From an uncultured Candidatus Saccharibacteria bacterium (lineage in GTDB: Bacteria; Patescibacteriota; Dojkabacteria; SC72): a DNA stretch of 54,263 nucleotides. The notes beneath the pieces are model-generated. The model did no database searches and had not been told where the DNA came from. It saw only the letters and a program-made list of their open reading frames with translations. Positions 43,389 to 52,377 of this stretch are shown one piece after another. The position numbers and the translations under genes were made by a program. The stretch spans positions 29,199 through 83,461 of the forward strand of contig CAZPFV010000001.1 in assembly GCA_964585985.1 (NCBI GenBank), written 5' to 3'. Each line of letters starts with the position of its first letter. The stretch's first letter is position 1.

Positions 43389-43417
43389 TTGCAAGAACTA
43401 GGATATTAAAATATAAT
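43389..43417 (+). promoter_or_regulatory. sigma70-like promoter TTGCAA-17 nt-TATAAT upstream of rpmF
   Basis: TTGCAA 43389-43394, 17-nt spacer, TATAAT 43412-43417. A second -10-like TATAAA (43434-43439) lies 5 nt before the ATG. Confidence 0.45.
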
Positions 43418-43444
43418 ACAAGGTTTAATATTGTATAAATCGTT

Positions 43445-43630
43445 ATGGGAGCATTACCAAAAAGAAAAATCTCAAAAGGTAGAAGAAACAGAAGAAGGTC
43501 ACAAGACTTCTTAAAAGAGCCAAGTATGTCTAAATGCCCAAAATGTGGTAAGACAAAAAGACCACACTTTGTATGCGAATTCTGTGGCTACTACGGAGAT
43601 GGTAAAAATCTTAAAAGTAATAAATCGTAA
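43445..43630 (+). CDS. rpmF: 50S ribosomal protein L32 (zinc-ribbon form)
   Basis: MGALPKRKISKGRRNRRRS.. with CPKC..CEFC. Confidence 0.9.
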   Translation: MGALPKRKISKGRRNRRRSQDFLKEPSMSKCPKCGKTKRPHFVCEFCGYYGDGKNLKSNKS

Positions 43631-43642
43631 TCTTTAATTTCT

Positions 43643-44074
43643 ATGAAGAAATCTACTGACCCAAGGCATCTTTCAAGAGAGTTAGCCTTACAGCATCTTT
43701 TTTCAGATGATTTTAATGTATCCAAAGATAACATTATTAATTTTGAGGTATCAGAGCTATCTGTTTTAGATGAAATTGAGGAGTACAATGAAGAGCTGTA
43801 TCTTAATTTGATCACAGGTGTTAAAGAGAAGAGAGAAGAGATAGACTCAATCATCACACAGTATGCACCCCAGTGGCCAATTTCACAAATGAAATTAGTA
43901 GATTTACAAATACTTAGAGTCGCTATATATGAGGGCTTCATCTCAAAGATTACTCCACCTAAGGTAGCAATTGATGAAGCAATTGAATTAGCAAAGGGGT
44001 TTGGTGGGCAGAGTAGTAGTAAATTTGTTAATGGAGTATTAGGAGCAATATATGAAAAACATAAAGATGAATAA
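43643..44074 (+). CDS. nusB: transcription antitermination factor NusB
   Basis: [14 protein letters not shown].., ..[11 protein letters not shown].., ..[24 protein letters not shown]. Confidence 0.88.
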   Translation: MKKSTDPRHLSRELALQHLFSDDFNVSKDNIINFEVSELSVLDEIEEYNEELYLNLITGVKEKREEIDSIITQYAPQWPISQMKLVDLQILRVAIYEGFISKITPPKVAIDEAIELAKGFGGQSSSKFVNGVLGAIYEKHKDE

Positions 44075-44759
44075 AATCGAAGAAATAGAGAACAGAATTG
44101 GTATCACCTTTGTTGATAAGCAGCTTTTAATTGATGCGTTAACTCACAGATCATTCGTTAATGAGCATAAGGAGAGCAGGACACATAACGAGAGACTGGA
44201 GTTTTTAGGAGATGCTGTATTAGAGTTAATTGTTTCAGTATATCTTTATGAATCGTATCCATCTAGACCAGAGGGTGAATTAACGAGCTTTAGATCTGCA
44301 CTTGTTAAAACAGATAGCTTAGCGGAAACAAGTAAAGAGTTAGATCTAGGAGAAAGCCTTCTGCTTTCTAAAGGCGAAGAAGAAACAGGGGGGAGGACAA
44401 AAAATTTTCTCTTAGCCAATACCTTCGAAGCTATAATAGGAGCGATATATCTTGATCAAGGGTACGAAAAAAGTAAAGAGTTTGTACATATGCATCTGAT
44501 ACAGAAATTAGATAACATTATTAAAAACAGAACGGATATTGATAGTAAGACCAAGATACAAGAGATTGCTCAAGCTAAGTACAAAGTGACTCCTGTGTAT
44601 GAAGTAACTAAGGAAGAAGGGCCTGATCATAATAAAGAGTTTACAGTTGTAATCAAGATAAAAGGTAAGATAATAGGGGAGGGTAGTGGAACAAGTAAAC
44701 AGAGAGCGGAGGAAGATGCCGCCTCTAAAGGAATAATATATATCGACAATAATAAATAA
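44052..44759 (+). CDS. rnc: ribonuclease III
   Basis: Signature [16 protein letters not shown] plus a C-terminal dsRBD ([33 protein letters not shown]). The start may be ATG 44067 (8-nt overlap with nusB) rather than 44052. Confidence 0.92.
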   Translation: MKNIKMNKIEEIENRIGITFVDKQLLIDALTHRSFVNEHKESRTHNERLEFLGDAVLELIVSVYLYESYPSRPEGELTSFRSALVKTDSLAETSKELDLGESLLLSKGEEETGGRTKNFLLANTFEAIIGAIYLDQGYEKSKEFVHMHLIQKLDNIIKNRTDIDSKTKIQEIAQAKYKVTPVYEVTKEEGPDHNKEFTVVIKIKGKIIGEGSGTSKQRAEEDAASKGIIYIDNNK

Positions 44760-44763
44760 GAGC

Positions 44764-44792
44764 TTGAATATTAATATCTCATCTGCTAAAAT
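44764..44792 (+). promoter_or_regulatory. sigma70-like promoter TTGAAT-17 nt-(TGc)TAAAAT upstream of rpsP
   Basis: TTGAAT 44764-44769, TG at 44784-44785, TAAAAT 44787-44792, ATG at 44802 (9-nt gap). Confidence 0.5.
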
Positions 44793-44801
44793 ACCTTTGC
44801 T

Positions 44802-45101
44802 ATGTTAAAAATAAGACTAAAAAGAACAGGAAGAAGAGGACAACCACATTACAGAATTGTGGTTATGGAATCAACCTCTCCTAGAGATGGGAAAAGTATC
44901 GAAGAGATTGGATACTACAATCCTAGAAATAAGCCTACAACATTTGAAGTAGATCAAGAAGCCGCAGCTAAGTGGCTTGCAAAGGGTGCACAGCCCTCTG
45001 ACACTGTAGCTCAATACTTCGTTAAGCTTGGGTTAATTAAGTCTCTAAAAAGAGGTTCTACAAAGCCAAGTACTGCTAAAAAAGAGAAGAAGGAAGCGTA
45101 A
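44802..45101 (+). CDS. rpsP: 30S ribosomal protein S16
   Basis: MLKIRLKRTGRRGQPHYRIVVMES..GYYNP. Confidence 0.95.
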   Translation: MLKIRLKRTGRRGQPHYRIVVMESTSPRDGKSIEEIGYYNPRNKPTTFEVDQEAAAKWLAKGAQPSDTVAQYFVKLGLIKSLKRGSTKPSTAKKEKKEA

Positions 45102-45187
45102 CTTCCTACCCCTTATAATTACTCCTAGTAAATTTTGATTAAGGAAGGTATAATTACCTGATAGACTTTAATTTATTTTTCTAAAAG

Positions 45188-45487
45188 ATGAAAGAACTAC
45201 TAGAGCATATTATTAAATCCATTGTCAATTATCCAGACGATGTCTCAATTGATGAAAGGGAAAGCATAGATTTTCCAGGGTTAACAATTCTTACTATTAA
45301 CGTAAATGAAAGTGACAAAGGAGTTATCATCGGAAGAAAAGGAAGAACAATAAATTCCATAAGAGACATTCTTACAATAAGTGCTATAAGAAGTGGCAAG
45401 AGAGTAAGAGTAATCCTTAAAGATGATAAAGTAGCACACGAAAGTGCAGACATTGCCGACGAGGATATGCTTCAAGATGAGATTTAA
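45188..45487 (+). CDS. KH-domain RNA-binding protein (YlqC/UPF0109-like)
   Basis: LLEHIIKSIVNYPDDVSI.. and the GxxG loop VIIGRKGRTINSIRDIL. Conserved position after rpsP. Confidence 0.85.
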   Translation: MKELLEHIIKSIVNYPDDVSIDERESIDFPGLTILTINVNESDKGVIIGRKGRTINSIRDILTISAIRSGKRVRVILKDDKVAHESADIADEDMLQDEI

Positions 45488-45489
45488 CT

Positions 45490-46176
45490 CTAGAGACGAT
45501 TCTCAGTTTTTACTTTAAATACCTCTACGATATCTTCATACTCTGTGTATGGCTGAAAAGGTGAGTAAATGTCAATTTTCTCTCCACTGCCATCTGCAAT
45601 ATAGTACCCACTTACAGTTAATTCAATTTCCCAAACATCGGAATTATCTTCTCGTTTCGAGCTACTAAGCTCTACATTCTCTAGTCTTAACATATAGGGG
45701 GATACATTTTGAGCCTCATCTAAGAAAGATATAATGTTGTTGTACTCCCCTTTATACGCAATAGGTCCAGAAACAGACTCTAGTGCGTCAGAAGATGCCA
45801 GTTTTGATATTTCCAAACTTAATGATTTAGCAAGATTATCAAGGTAGTATACTAAGTCAGAGACTAACAAGATATTTGGGACTACTTTTTTAGCAGTAAG
45901 CACATCATCTCTAAGCGCATCTTCATCTATCCTCTTTAACTGCTCATCTAATTTTTCTAACTGTTTAATCTTTCCCTCAACAACTTTCATCTCTCCACGA
46001 TATTCAAAAGCTGATCTTACCATTGGTATAAAAACAGCAAATGACAGAATAGCAAATGCTGCCGCAGATGCGAAAGGGATAATCAAATCACCAAGCGTCA
46101 ATTTTGTTTTCTTACTCTTGGCTATATCCCTTAGCTCCTCACTCTTTTTTCTATCTGTTCTGTTTAATAATGCCAT
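45490..46176 (-). CDS. pilO: type IV pilus assembly protein PilO-like
   Basis: Third gene after pilM-pilN. One TM helix, a coiled-coil (EGKIKQLEKLDEQLKRIDE), then an alpha/beta domain (..YKGEYNNIISFLDEAQN..LRLENVEL..). Confidence 0.6.
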   Translation of the reverse strand: MALLNRTDRKKSEELRDIAKSKKTKLTLGDLIIPFASAAAFAILSFAVFIPMVRSAFEYRGEMKVVEGKIKQLEKLDEQLKRIDEDALRDDVLTAKKVVPNILLVSDLVYYLDNLAKSLSLEISKLASSDALESVSGPIAYKGEYNNIISFLDEAQNVSPYMLRLENVELSSSKREDNSDVWEIELTVSGYYIADGSGEKIDIYSPFQPYTEYEDIVEVFKVKTENRL

Positions 46177-46178
46177 TA

Positions 46179-46871
46179 TTAATTATTCTTAAAATTGTCT
46201 AAAATAAGGACTCCACTAAAAGTAAATTTCGCGCCTTCATCCGATTTATTAAAAGATTCTAATTTAATACTTTTTATATTTTCATTTACACCAAACAGAT
46301 ACCATAGCCGAGAAAGCTGTTCTAAATCAGGTGCATTTCCTGTTAACTCAAATCCTAAATTTTCAGATATCTCTATAGTAGAGAAATTGATACCTTGTAC
46401 CTTCCTACCTATTTCTCTAAAGTACTCAATTATTCTTTTATGTGAGAAACTGTCCTCTTCGACTTTTTGATAAAGACGAATCCTTGTTAAGATAATATTA
46501 TTCAAAGATATTGTCTCTGATCTATCATTAATACTTTTCTCTATTTTTCTCAAAGAGTTCTGTTTGCTAGCTAGTTGTGTTTTGGAAATAATGTTAAATC
46601 CTACAATAGCGATTGTGATGGCTACAAATATGATAATCGTGAGAATAGACCCAATATTTAAAGTATTCTTTTTTTTGATTGTACTCTTCTGCTCCTTAGT
46701 TAGTGATGGTATAAGGTTAACACCCTCTGATGCTTGCACTTTTTGAGGCTCAGCAAGGGTTGCGCCCATTGTTGTAGGAGTTGGGGGAGGTGCAATAGGC
46801 CCAGGTGCAGCAGCTGGTTGCTGTTGTGGAGGGATACTATTTACTTGTTGTGGTTGTTGTTGATTATTCAT
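46179..46871 (-). CDS. pilN: type IV pilus assembly protein PilN-like with Q/P-rich N-terminal extension
   Basis: The GVNLIPS motif is followed by TM helix ILTIIIFVAITIAIVGFNII. 8-nt overlap with pilM. The N-terminus MNNQQQPQQVNSIPPQQQPAAAPGPIAPPPTP is low complexity. Confidence 0.7.
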   Translation of the reverse strand: MNNQQQPQQVNSIPPQQQPAAAPGPIAPPPTPTTMGATLAEPQKVQASEGVNLIPSLTKEQKSTIKKKNTLNIGSILTIIIFVAITIAIVGFNIISKTQLASKQNSLRKIEKSINDRSETISLNNIILTRIRLYQKVEEDSFSHKRIIEYFREIGRKVQGINFSTIEISENLGFELTGNAPDLEQLSRLWYLFGVNENIKSIKLESFNKSDEGAKFTFSGVLILDNFKNN

Positions 46872-47892
46872 CTTTTAATGCTAAACCTATTGCTACAGAG
46901 TACGACGCCCCTGTTTTAGCTAGTATACTTTTAAATCTATTATCCACTGCTATATTATTCCATGGATTTGCAATTTGTGCACTAACCCCTAGTGATTTAG
47001 ATACATACTCCGTTAAGCCCGGAAGTAGTGCACCGTCACCATTTAGTAGATATTCCATAGGAGGAGCACTCAAAGTTCTATTTTTATAAAATTCTACTCC
47101 TCGTCTTACTTCAATGATAATAGAGTCAATAATGGGTAGTAGGGCACCGTAAATTTTCCCCTCTACTACTGATGAGACTAGTCCGTAGCTCCTTTTAAAC
47201 TGTTCTGCTCTGTTATAATCAAAATTAAATTTGTTAACTACTGCCTGTGTTAGCGCATCAGAGCCTATCGGTATACTTTGCGAGAATACCAATGCTCCAT
47301 TTGTCATAATACTCATATCTGTACTGTTTGCACCAAAGTCTAACATAACTGCATCTTTTTTCTTCATTGATCTAAACATGGCTCTTCCCATTGCAACAGA
47401 CTCTGTTTCAATCGCAATTAAATCTAGACTTGCGAAATTAGCGACATTCATATAGATCTCTATTATCTTTTTAGGTGCTGCAACAAGTAATACCCTTGGA
47501 GCATTTCTCTCCTGATTAAACCCTATAACAACATAGCTCATTTGCACATCATCAATTGGTACTGGTATATACTGTTTTGCTTCATAATATACTGCCTGTT
47601 TGAGTTCCTCTTGTTTCACTCCAGGAAATTCTAAAAATCTCGTAAATACTGAGAACTCGGGTAGAGCCATCACAACATTTACATTCTTCATTTTAGTGTT
47701 GGCGTAGAGAGTCTTGAGTGCATCCCCCAATTTTTTTTGATCCTGTCTTTCCTCACTGTTGATAACTCCTTTTGGAGTTAATTGCATACCCAAATTTGTC
47801 AATTGTGGGGTATTAAGAATGTTCTTTAGTTCGACAGCTTTCACTGTATGTGTTCCGAAATCTATGCCTACATGATCTGGCAATTTCGCCAT
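46864..47892 (-). CDS. pilM: type IV pilus assembly ATPase-fold protein PilM
   Basis: Actin-like fold motifs VGIDFGTHTVKAVEL, MLDFGANSTDMSI and LNGDGALLPGL. Confidence 0.88.
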   Translation of the reverse strand: MAKLPDHVGIDFGTHTVKAVELKNILNTPQLTNLGMQLTPKGVINSEERQDQKKLGDALKTLYANTKMKNVNVVMALPEFSVFTRFLEFPGVKQEELKQAVYYEAKQYIPVPIDDVQMSYVVIGFNQERNAPRVLLVAAPKKIIEIYMNVANFASLDLIAIETESVAMGRAMFRSMKKKDAVMLDFGANSTDMSIMTNGALVFSQSIPIGSDALTQAVVNKFNFDYNRAEQFKRSYGLVSSVVEGKIYGALLPIIDSIIIEVRRGVEFYKNRTLSAPPMEYLLNGDGALLPGLTEYVSKSLGVSAQIANPWNNIAVDNRFKSILAKTGASYSVAIGLALKDE

Positions 47893-47965
47893 ACTTACTG
47901 GACAGTTAATTTATGACTACTAATATGATAGCAGAAATGATTCAATCTTTGAAATTAGTTAAATA

Positions 47966-50900
47966 CTATGGCTTGATTCCAGCCTCAGCAGAGTGCACTA
48001 CAGTAGTTTTAGCAAAAAATTGCTCTACTAGATACCCATACTTAGGATGTAAATCAATAGCTACAACAGGATATACTAATCTCTCTTCTAGTCTAAGATA
48101 CCTATTTACTACAATGCTTGTACTACTTCCTTTAGATATTAACCCTCCATTAATATATACACCATCTACAATATTTGGAGGTGGGACATTATCAGCTCCA
48201 ACTGTAATTACCCCATCTGCAACTATGAAAGCATTTACTTTCTCATATTCGAAAACATTTGGTCTTTCATGGGTTCCTGCATTTATGACTACACTGCCAC
48301 TTACAACAAAAATACAGCCATTTTGATTACTTAAGGTCGTTGCATTTTGGCTATGTATTGGAGGACTAATTGATAGGTTTCCATCAACAAATATTACAGC
48401 TTTCTTGTCACAACGCAAATTACTATTAACAGTAAGATTTCCTAAGCGATGGAAAGCACAGTAAGTTCTACTGCATGTATTTAAATTTGCTAAAGAGGAG
48501 GAGGTCAAGGTTATCTCCTGTAAAGCATCCCCTAAATTGGTTATCTGATATTCATACTTTTCTTTTAGATCTTTGTACAATGATTCTGTTTGAGAAATTA
48601 CTTGATTTCCATGTCCCGCTAGAGAGTATGAATTTGTCGCTGGAGCATTTACCAAAGCATTACTTCTGTTTGCAAGCATTTCACTCGTTAATCCTCCATT
48701 TTTGCGGAGCATACCATCACTTGCTGATAAAGGATAGGGAGGAAGGGTGCCTTGCCATAATGAGTCGTTTGCTAATGTTAATTCTGCAAAGGAAGGGTTT
48801 CCACTAGAGTAGAGTAAGCCTCCACCAGTTAAGAATCTGTCTGAGAGATTTTCACCCACAGAGAAAGTGGTCATATTACCTGCATAATCAAATACATGTA
48901 AATATATGTTGATGGCTCCTTGAGTATTTTGTCCTACATCTATACTTACAGTTCCACTATTTGTTGAGGAGTTCAGGTGTGCTGGCTGAACTTGAAATGA
49001 CCAATCCCCATTTAGCTTTCCTACTAAATCACCGCTACCACTACTTGGCTCTGGTTGAAAAATACCGTCTCCATTCCTTAATGAAATCGTATGAGAGGGA
49101 GTACCAACTAGATCAATATCTATCTCCTTCCTATTTATATCCGTAGCAGAGGAGTATACATTTCCTACAATTGCATAAAGATTTCTATCATCTCCCGCTT
49201 CCCATTCTACAATTATTTTATTTTCCTGAATTTCTGTGTTTACATTAATTGTTGGACTGACTGAGTCTATTACCCAATTCTTTCCTGAGTCTGTCCAATT
49301 TCTAGCATATGTTTGGTTTTGTGACGGCTTATATCTTAAAGTATTAGCATCTGGCCAGTAGTAAGACAGGTCTGTATAGCCATGTCTTAAGAAGTTGGAC
49401 TGCCAATATCCTCCGTAATTTATTCCTGGATAGTTGTCGTACGGGGTAAAACTAAATTTGTCTAAACCAAGAAGGAAAATATCGTAATTTCCGTCTTGCA
49501 CCTGTCCACCGTAACGAGTTCCAGCACTACTTGAGAATTGCAAACTAAATTCCATATTTAACTCATTATTATTACCTGCTGATACAGAAGGTGGGGCTAG
49601 TACTGACACTCGTACCATTTGTTGGTTATTAGGACTCGCGATATCAAATACTTTGTAGAACGCTGTTGTTGACAAGGTCGCTACTGTCCAATATGAAGTT
49701 GCCCCAGCGTAAGAGGGTACATACGGGATCCAATCAGTTCCGTTTCTTCTTAGCATGAATCCCCAACTATCACGTGCAGAGGATTGAGGAGTAGCACTCG
49801 TTGATAGATTTACTGGAGTGTTGGGCACTCCAGTGTAGTGACTCTCTCTAAACCATACAAACATGCCTTCAATATCGTTTGCGCCATCATTGTCGGTATA
49901 GGTGGCTTTCATCTTTATCGGGAGAAGGGGATCATTTAAGCTTCCAATTCTAGAGTTAGTACTACTACTCCCTGTGTGAGTATGGCTTACAAAATCATAA
50001 CCGTTAGCGGTTGGAGCTGGGTCGTTCACAACTATACTTAATTTGGTTGTAGGCTGGGGTGAAGATGGTTCATAGCAGTCATCTTCACTTTCTAGGGGTT
50101 TCACACCACAATCATTTGTACACTCTCTAAAATCATTTAGAATTAAATTAGCATTCCCTGTATTTGTTAATGGAGATGGACATGATTTCAGGCAAGAACT
50201 ACAGTAGCAACTTCTGTATGTTAAATCACAAAGGGTTGTCCTGTTTGGAGTAGAAGAGCTTCCTCTTCTACAACTGGCTGTACTTGAGTCTGCGACTTTT
50301 CCTTGGTAAACACCTGATTGGTACTGGGCAGATTCGAAATATCCTAGGGTTGAGCATAGTGGAGGAGTACAGGCATTGCAGTAACAATTTATAGAGGTAC
50401 TATTTCTCTTTGGGTTACAATTATTCGTTGAGACACCATTTGTCCTATCACAATACTCTGTTTGAGTAGAATGGAAATCAGAGGTTTTAGGGTACAGTGG
50501 GTCTGTAGGGATACTATTTGTTGTTGATGTTCCACTAGGACAAACTGGAGTAGGAGGGGTACAGTTAATACAACGACACCAACAGTCTTCACTGGAGGTC
50601 CCACAACAGGAATTAGTATGTGTTCTAGATCCACAAGCATATGAGTCTGTTGAATTGGTGTCTCCATTAGAACAACTTCCCCAACCAGCAGAGCAAGTAG
50701 AATTACAAGAACCACCACTACAACCGCAGGAACAAGAGGTATACGAATATGTCCCACCCCAACAACATCCTGAGCCTTGATACATCTTACCGGGACCACA
50801 CAACGCGGATGATGCATAACATGTACCATTCTCCAAGCAATCACTGCTACACGCACTTCTACAACCAGTAGGCCAACATCCACCTGGTGTAAGTTCGCAA

Positions 50901-51028
50901 ACCTTTGTAGAACCACTACACCAACATGCCGATAATGGAGTAGGCGTTGAGAAATAAGCAAAGCTAAAAGCTATTAAAAACGTAATTAGAATAATGAGTG
51001 TTCTTGGATTAATTATTTTTCTGTCCAA
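47966..51028 (-). CDS. 1020-aa secreted protein: signal peptide, ~290-aa Cys-rich module (about 40 Cys), Ig-like/beta-rich middle, beta-helix-like C-terminus; paralogue of the gene at 52378
   Basis: Signal/anchor LIILITFLIAFSFAYF. Motifs CWCRCINCTPPTPVCPSG, NCYCNACTPPLCS, SCYCSSCLKSCPSP, and HVFDYAGN. The C-terminus reads AVIFVDGNLSI..GCIFVVSGSVVINAG..GVYINGGLIS. Confidence 0.85.
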   Translation of the reverse strand: MDRKIINPRTLIILITFLIAFSFAYFSTPTPLSACWCSGSTKVCELTPGGCWPTGCRSACSSDCLENGTCYASSALCGPGKMYQGSGCCWGGTYSYTSCSCGCSGGSCNSTCSAGWGSCSNGDTNSTDSYACGSRTHTNSCCGTSSEDCWCRCINCTPPTPVCPSGTSTTNSIPTDPLYPKTSDFHSTQTEYCDRTNGVSTNNCNPKRNSTSINCYCNACTPPLCSTLGYFESAQYQSGVYQGKVADSSTASCRRGSSSTPNRTTLCDLTYRSCYCSSCLKSCPSPLTNTGNANLILNDFRECTNDCGVKPLESEDDCYEPSSPQPTTKLSIVVNDPAPTANGYDFVSHTHTGSSSTNSRIGSLNDPLLPIKMKATYTDNDGANDIEGMFVWFRESHYTGVPNTPVNLSTSATPQSSARDSWGFMLRRNGTDWIPYVPSYAGATSYWTVATLSTTAFYKVFDIASPNNQQMVRVSVLAPPSVSAGNNNELNMEFSLQFSSSAGTRYGGQVQDGNYDIFLLGLDKFSFTPYDNYPGINYGGYWQSNFLRHGYTDLSYYWPDANTLRYKPSQNQTYARNWTDSGKNWVIDSVSPTINVNTEIQENKIIVEWEAGDDRNLYAIVGNVYSSATDINRKEIDIDLVGTPSHTISLRNGDGIFQPEPSSGSGDLVGKLNGDWSFQVQPAHLNSSTNSGTVSIDVGQNTQGAINIYLHVFDYAGNMTTFSVGENLSDRFLTGGGLLYSSGNPSFAELTLANDSLWQGTLPPYPLSASDGMLRKNGGLTSEMLANRSNALVNAPATNSYSLAGHGNQVISQTESLYKDLKEKYEYQITNLGDALQEITLTSSSLANLNTCSRTYCAFHRLGNLTVNSNLRCDKKAVIFVDGNLSISPPIHSQNATTLSNQNGCIFVVSGSVVINAGTHERPNVFEYEKVNAFIVADGVITVGADNVPPPNIVDGVYINGGLISKGSSTSIVVNRYLRLEERLVYPVVAIDLHPKYGYLVEQFFAKTTVVHSAEAGIKP

Positions 51029-52320
51029 TACAATAAATATATCAAATTATCTCTCAATTGATAGCTCATTAATTTCAATTCTGAGTCTTCCAAACTTACA
51101 GAACTAACAATAAAAGCCCCTGATTCATTAGTAACTGTAGTATGTCTGATGAGCTCCTTTACGGTATCCTCCAAAGACTCAATTGGAGAATTAAACAGTT
51201 GACTTGCAAGAAAACAATTATTTAATTCTACGAAATTTCTTGTAATCGCAGTATCTATCTCATTCTTTATCACTTCCTCTATCTTCGGTTTTAGAAATTT
51301 ATATATCTCTTCATTCTCTGTTGTATATGCAATAGTACAGAGACCATTTAAAAGTAAATCGGATTCATTATATGTCTCAATCATCATATTCTGATGAGAT
51401 TTAGAGTATCCTTTATCCATACCGATTTCATCAAAAAGTTTTGAATTATTCGAGTATTGAACAATGTCACGATACTCTATAGAAAAGGACTCACTCTCTA
51501 GGCTTAGATTTGTAAAATCTTTATTTAATTTAATTTCAGCAAAATCCATAAATTGTAGTGAGTCGGCATCAAAGGCATCGTAACCCTCAGTGAAGCTTTC
51601 ATCTAACCCTATCTCTACTAATTTTAATAGATAAGCATTCGGTTTATACTCAACTCTTAAATCTTCCTTTGAATAGTTATTATTAATATATTCTATCTCC
51701 CTATTTACATACTCATACAACTCTTTGTCATCATATTTCTTAGCAACTTGGTAAGTAAGGTATGTTAACTGAAGGTACTCTTCTGTAAGATCTTTAGAAT
51801 CATTACATCCCCAAATAATTTTATCCCTTGTAACTCCCCCCGTAATACAACCCACATTCTCTTGGATGGAGTATTGACTAAGCATATGCTTTACTCCATT
51901 AAAGTACTCCGAATATACAGGTGAGGAGATTGTCTGATTGTTGGAAATAATTTGCATCTCATCAATAGTATATCCCTTACCCGGGAAGAGATTATATTTT
52001 TTGAATGTGATATCAATTTTATATATCCCACTACTGTTAAATTCATTCTTCACTATTTTTGTACAAGGAACTTTAAGAACATCTTTAATAGCAAGATTAT
52101 TATATTTGATTTCACAAGTATCTTTATCAAATTTTTCAATATACAGTTCAATTACAAGCTGATTTTCTTCAATATGTTGAGTTACAGTTTCAAATCTTTG
52201 CTTATATATGTCCTTCTCATCTTTTAGTGTATTTAAAAAATAGAGATATACCCCTGACGCTATTAGAAGTGCGAGGAGAAATATAAGGATAATCTTTTTA
52301 ATTGTATTATTTTTAGTCAT
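51013..52320 (-). CDS. hypothetical N-terminally anchored extracytoplasmic protein (435 aa)
   Basis: TM helix IILIFLLALLIASGVYLYF. Mostly helical, D/E/N-rich ectodomain. It overlaps the downstream gene by 16 nt. Confidence 0.7.
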   Translation of the reverse strand: MTKNNTIKKIILIFLLALLIASGVYLYFLNTLKDEKDIYKQRFETVTQHIEENQLVIELYIEKFDKDTCEIKYNNLAIKDVLKVPCTKIVKNEFNSSGIYKIDITFKKYNLFPGKGYTIDEMQIISNNQTISSPVYSEYFNGVKHMLSQYSIQENVGCITGGVTRDKIIWGCNDSKDLTEEYLQLTYLTYQVAKKYDDKELYEYVNREIEYINNNYSKEDLRVEYKPNAYLLKLVEIGLDESFTEGYDAFDADSLQFMDFAEIKLNKDFTNLSLESESFSIEYRDIVQYSNNSKLFDEIGMDKGYSKSHQNMMIETYNESDLLLNGLCTIAYTTENEEIYKFLKPKIEEVIKNEIDTAITRNFVELNNCFLASQLFNSPIESLEDTVKELIRHTTVTNESGAFIVSSVSLEDSELKLMSYQLRDNLIYLLYWTEK

Positions 52321-52377
52321 AATCGATTAGTAGTTATATACACATAATATTAATTGAACCGTAATTTTATATCACTT

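Noticed and set aside
50389-50961. 190-aa ORF on the same strand but in another frame within the Cys-rich region
   Set aside because: It is a by-product of the locally G+C-richer, stop-poor Cys/Gly/Ser codon composition. Its translation (V/H/L-rich) has no protein-like features, whereas the main frame continues into conserved paralogous blocks.
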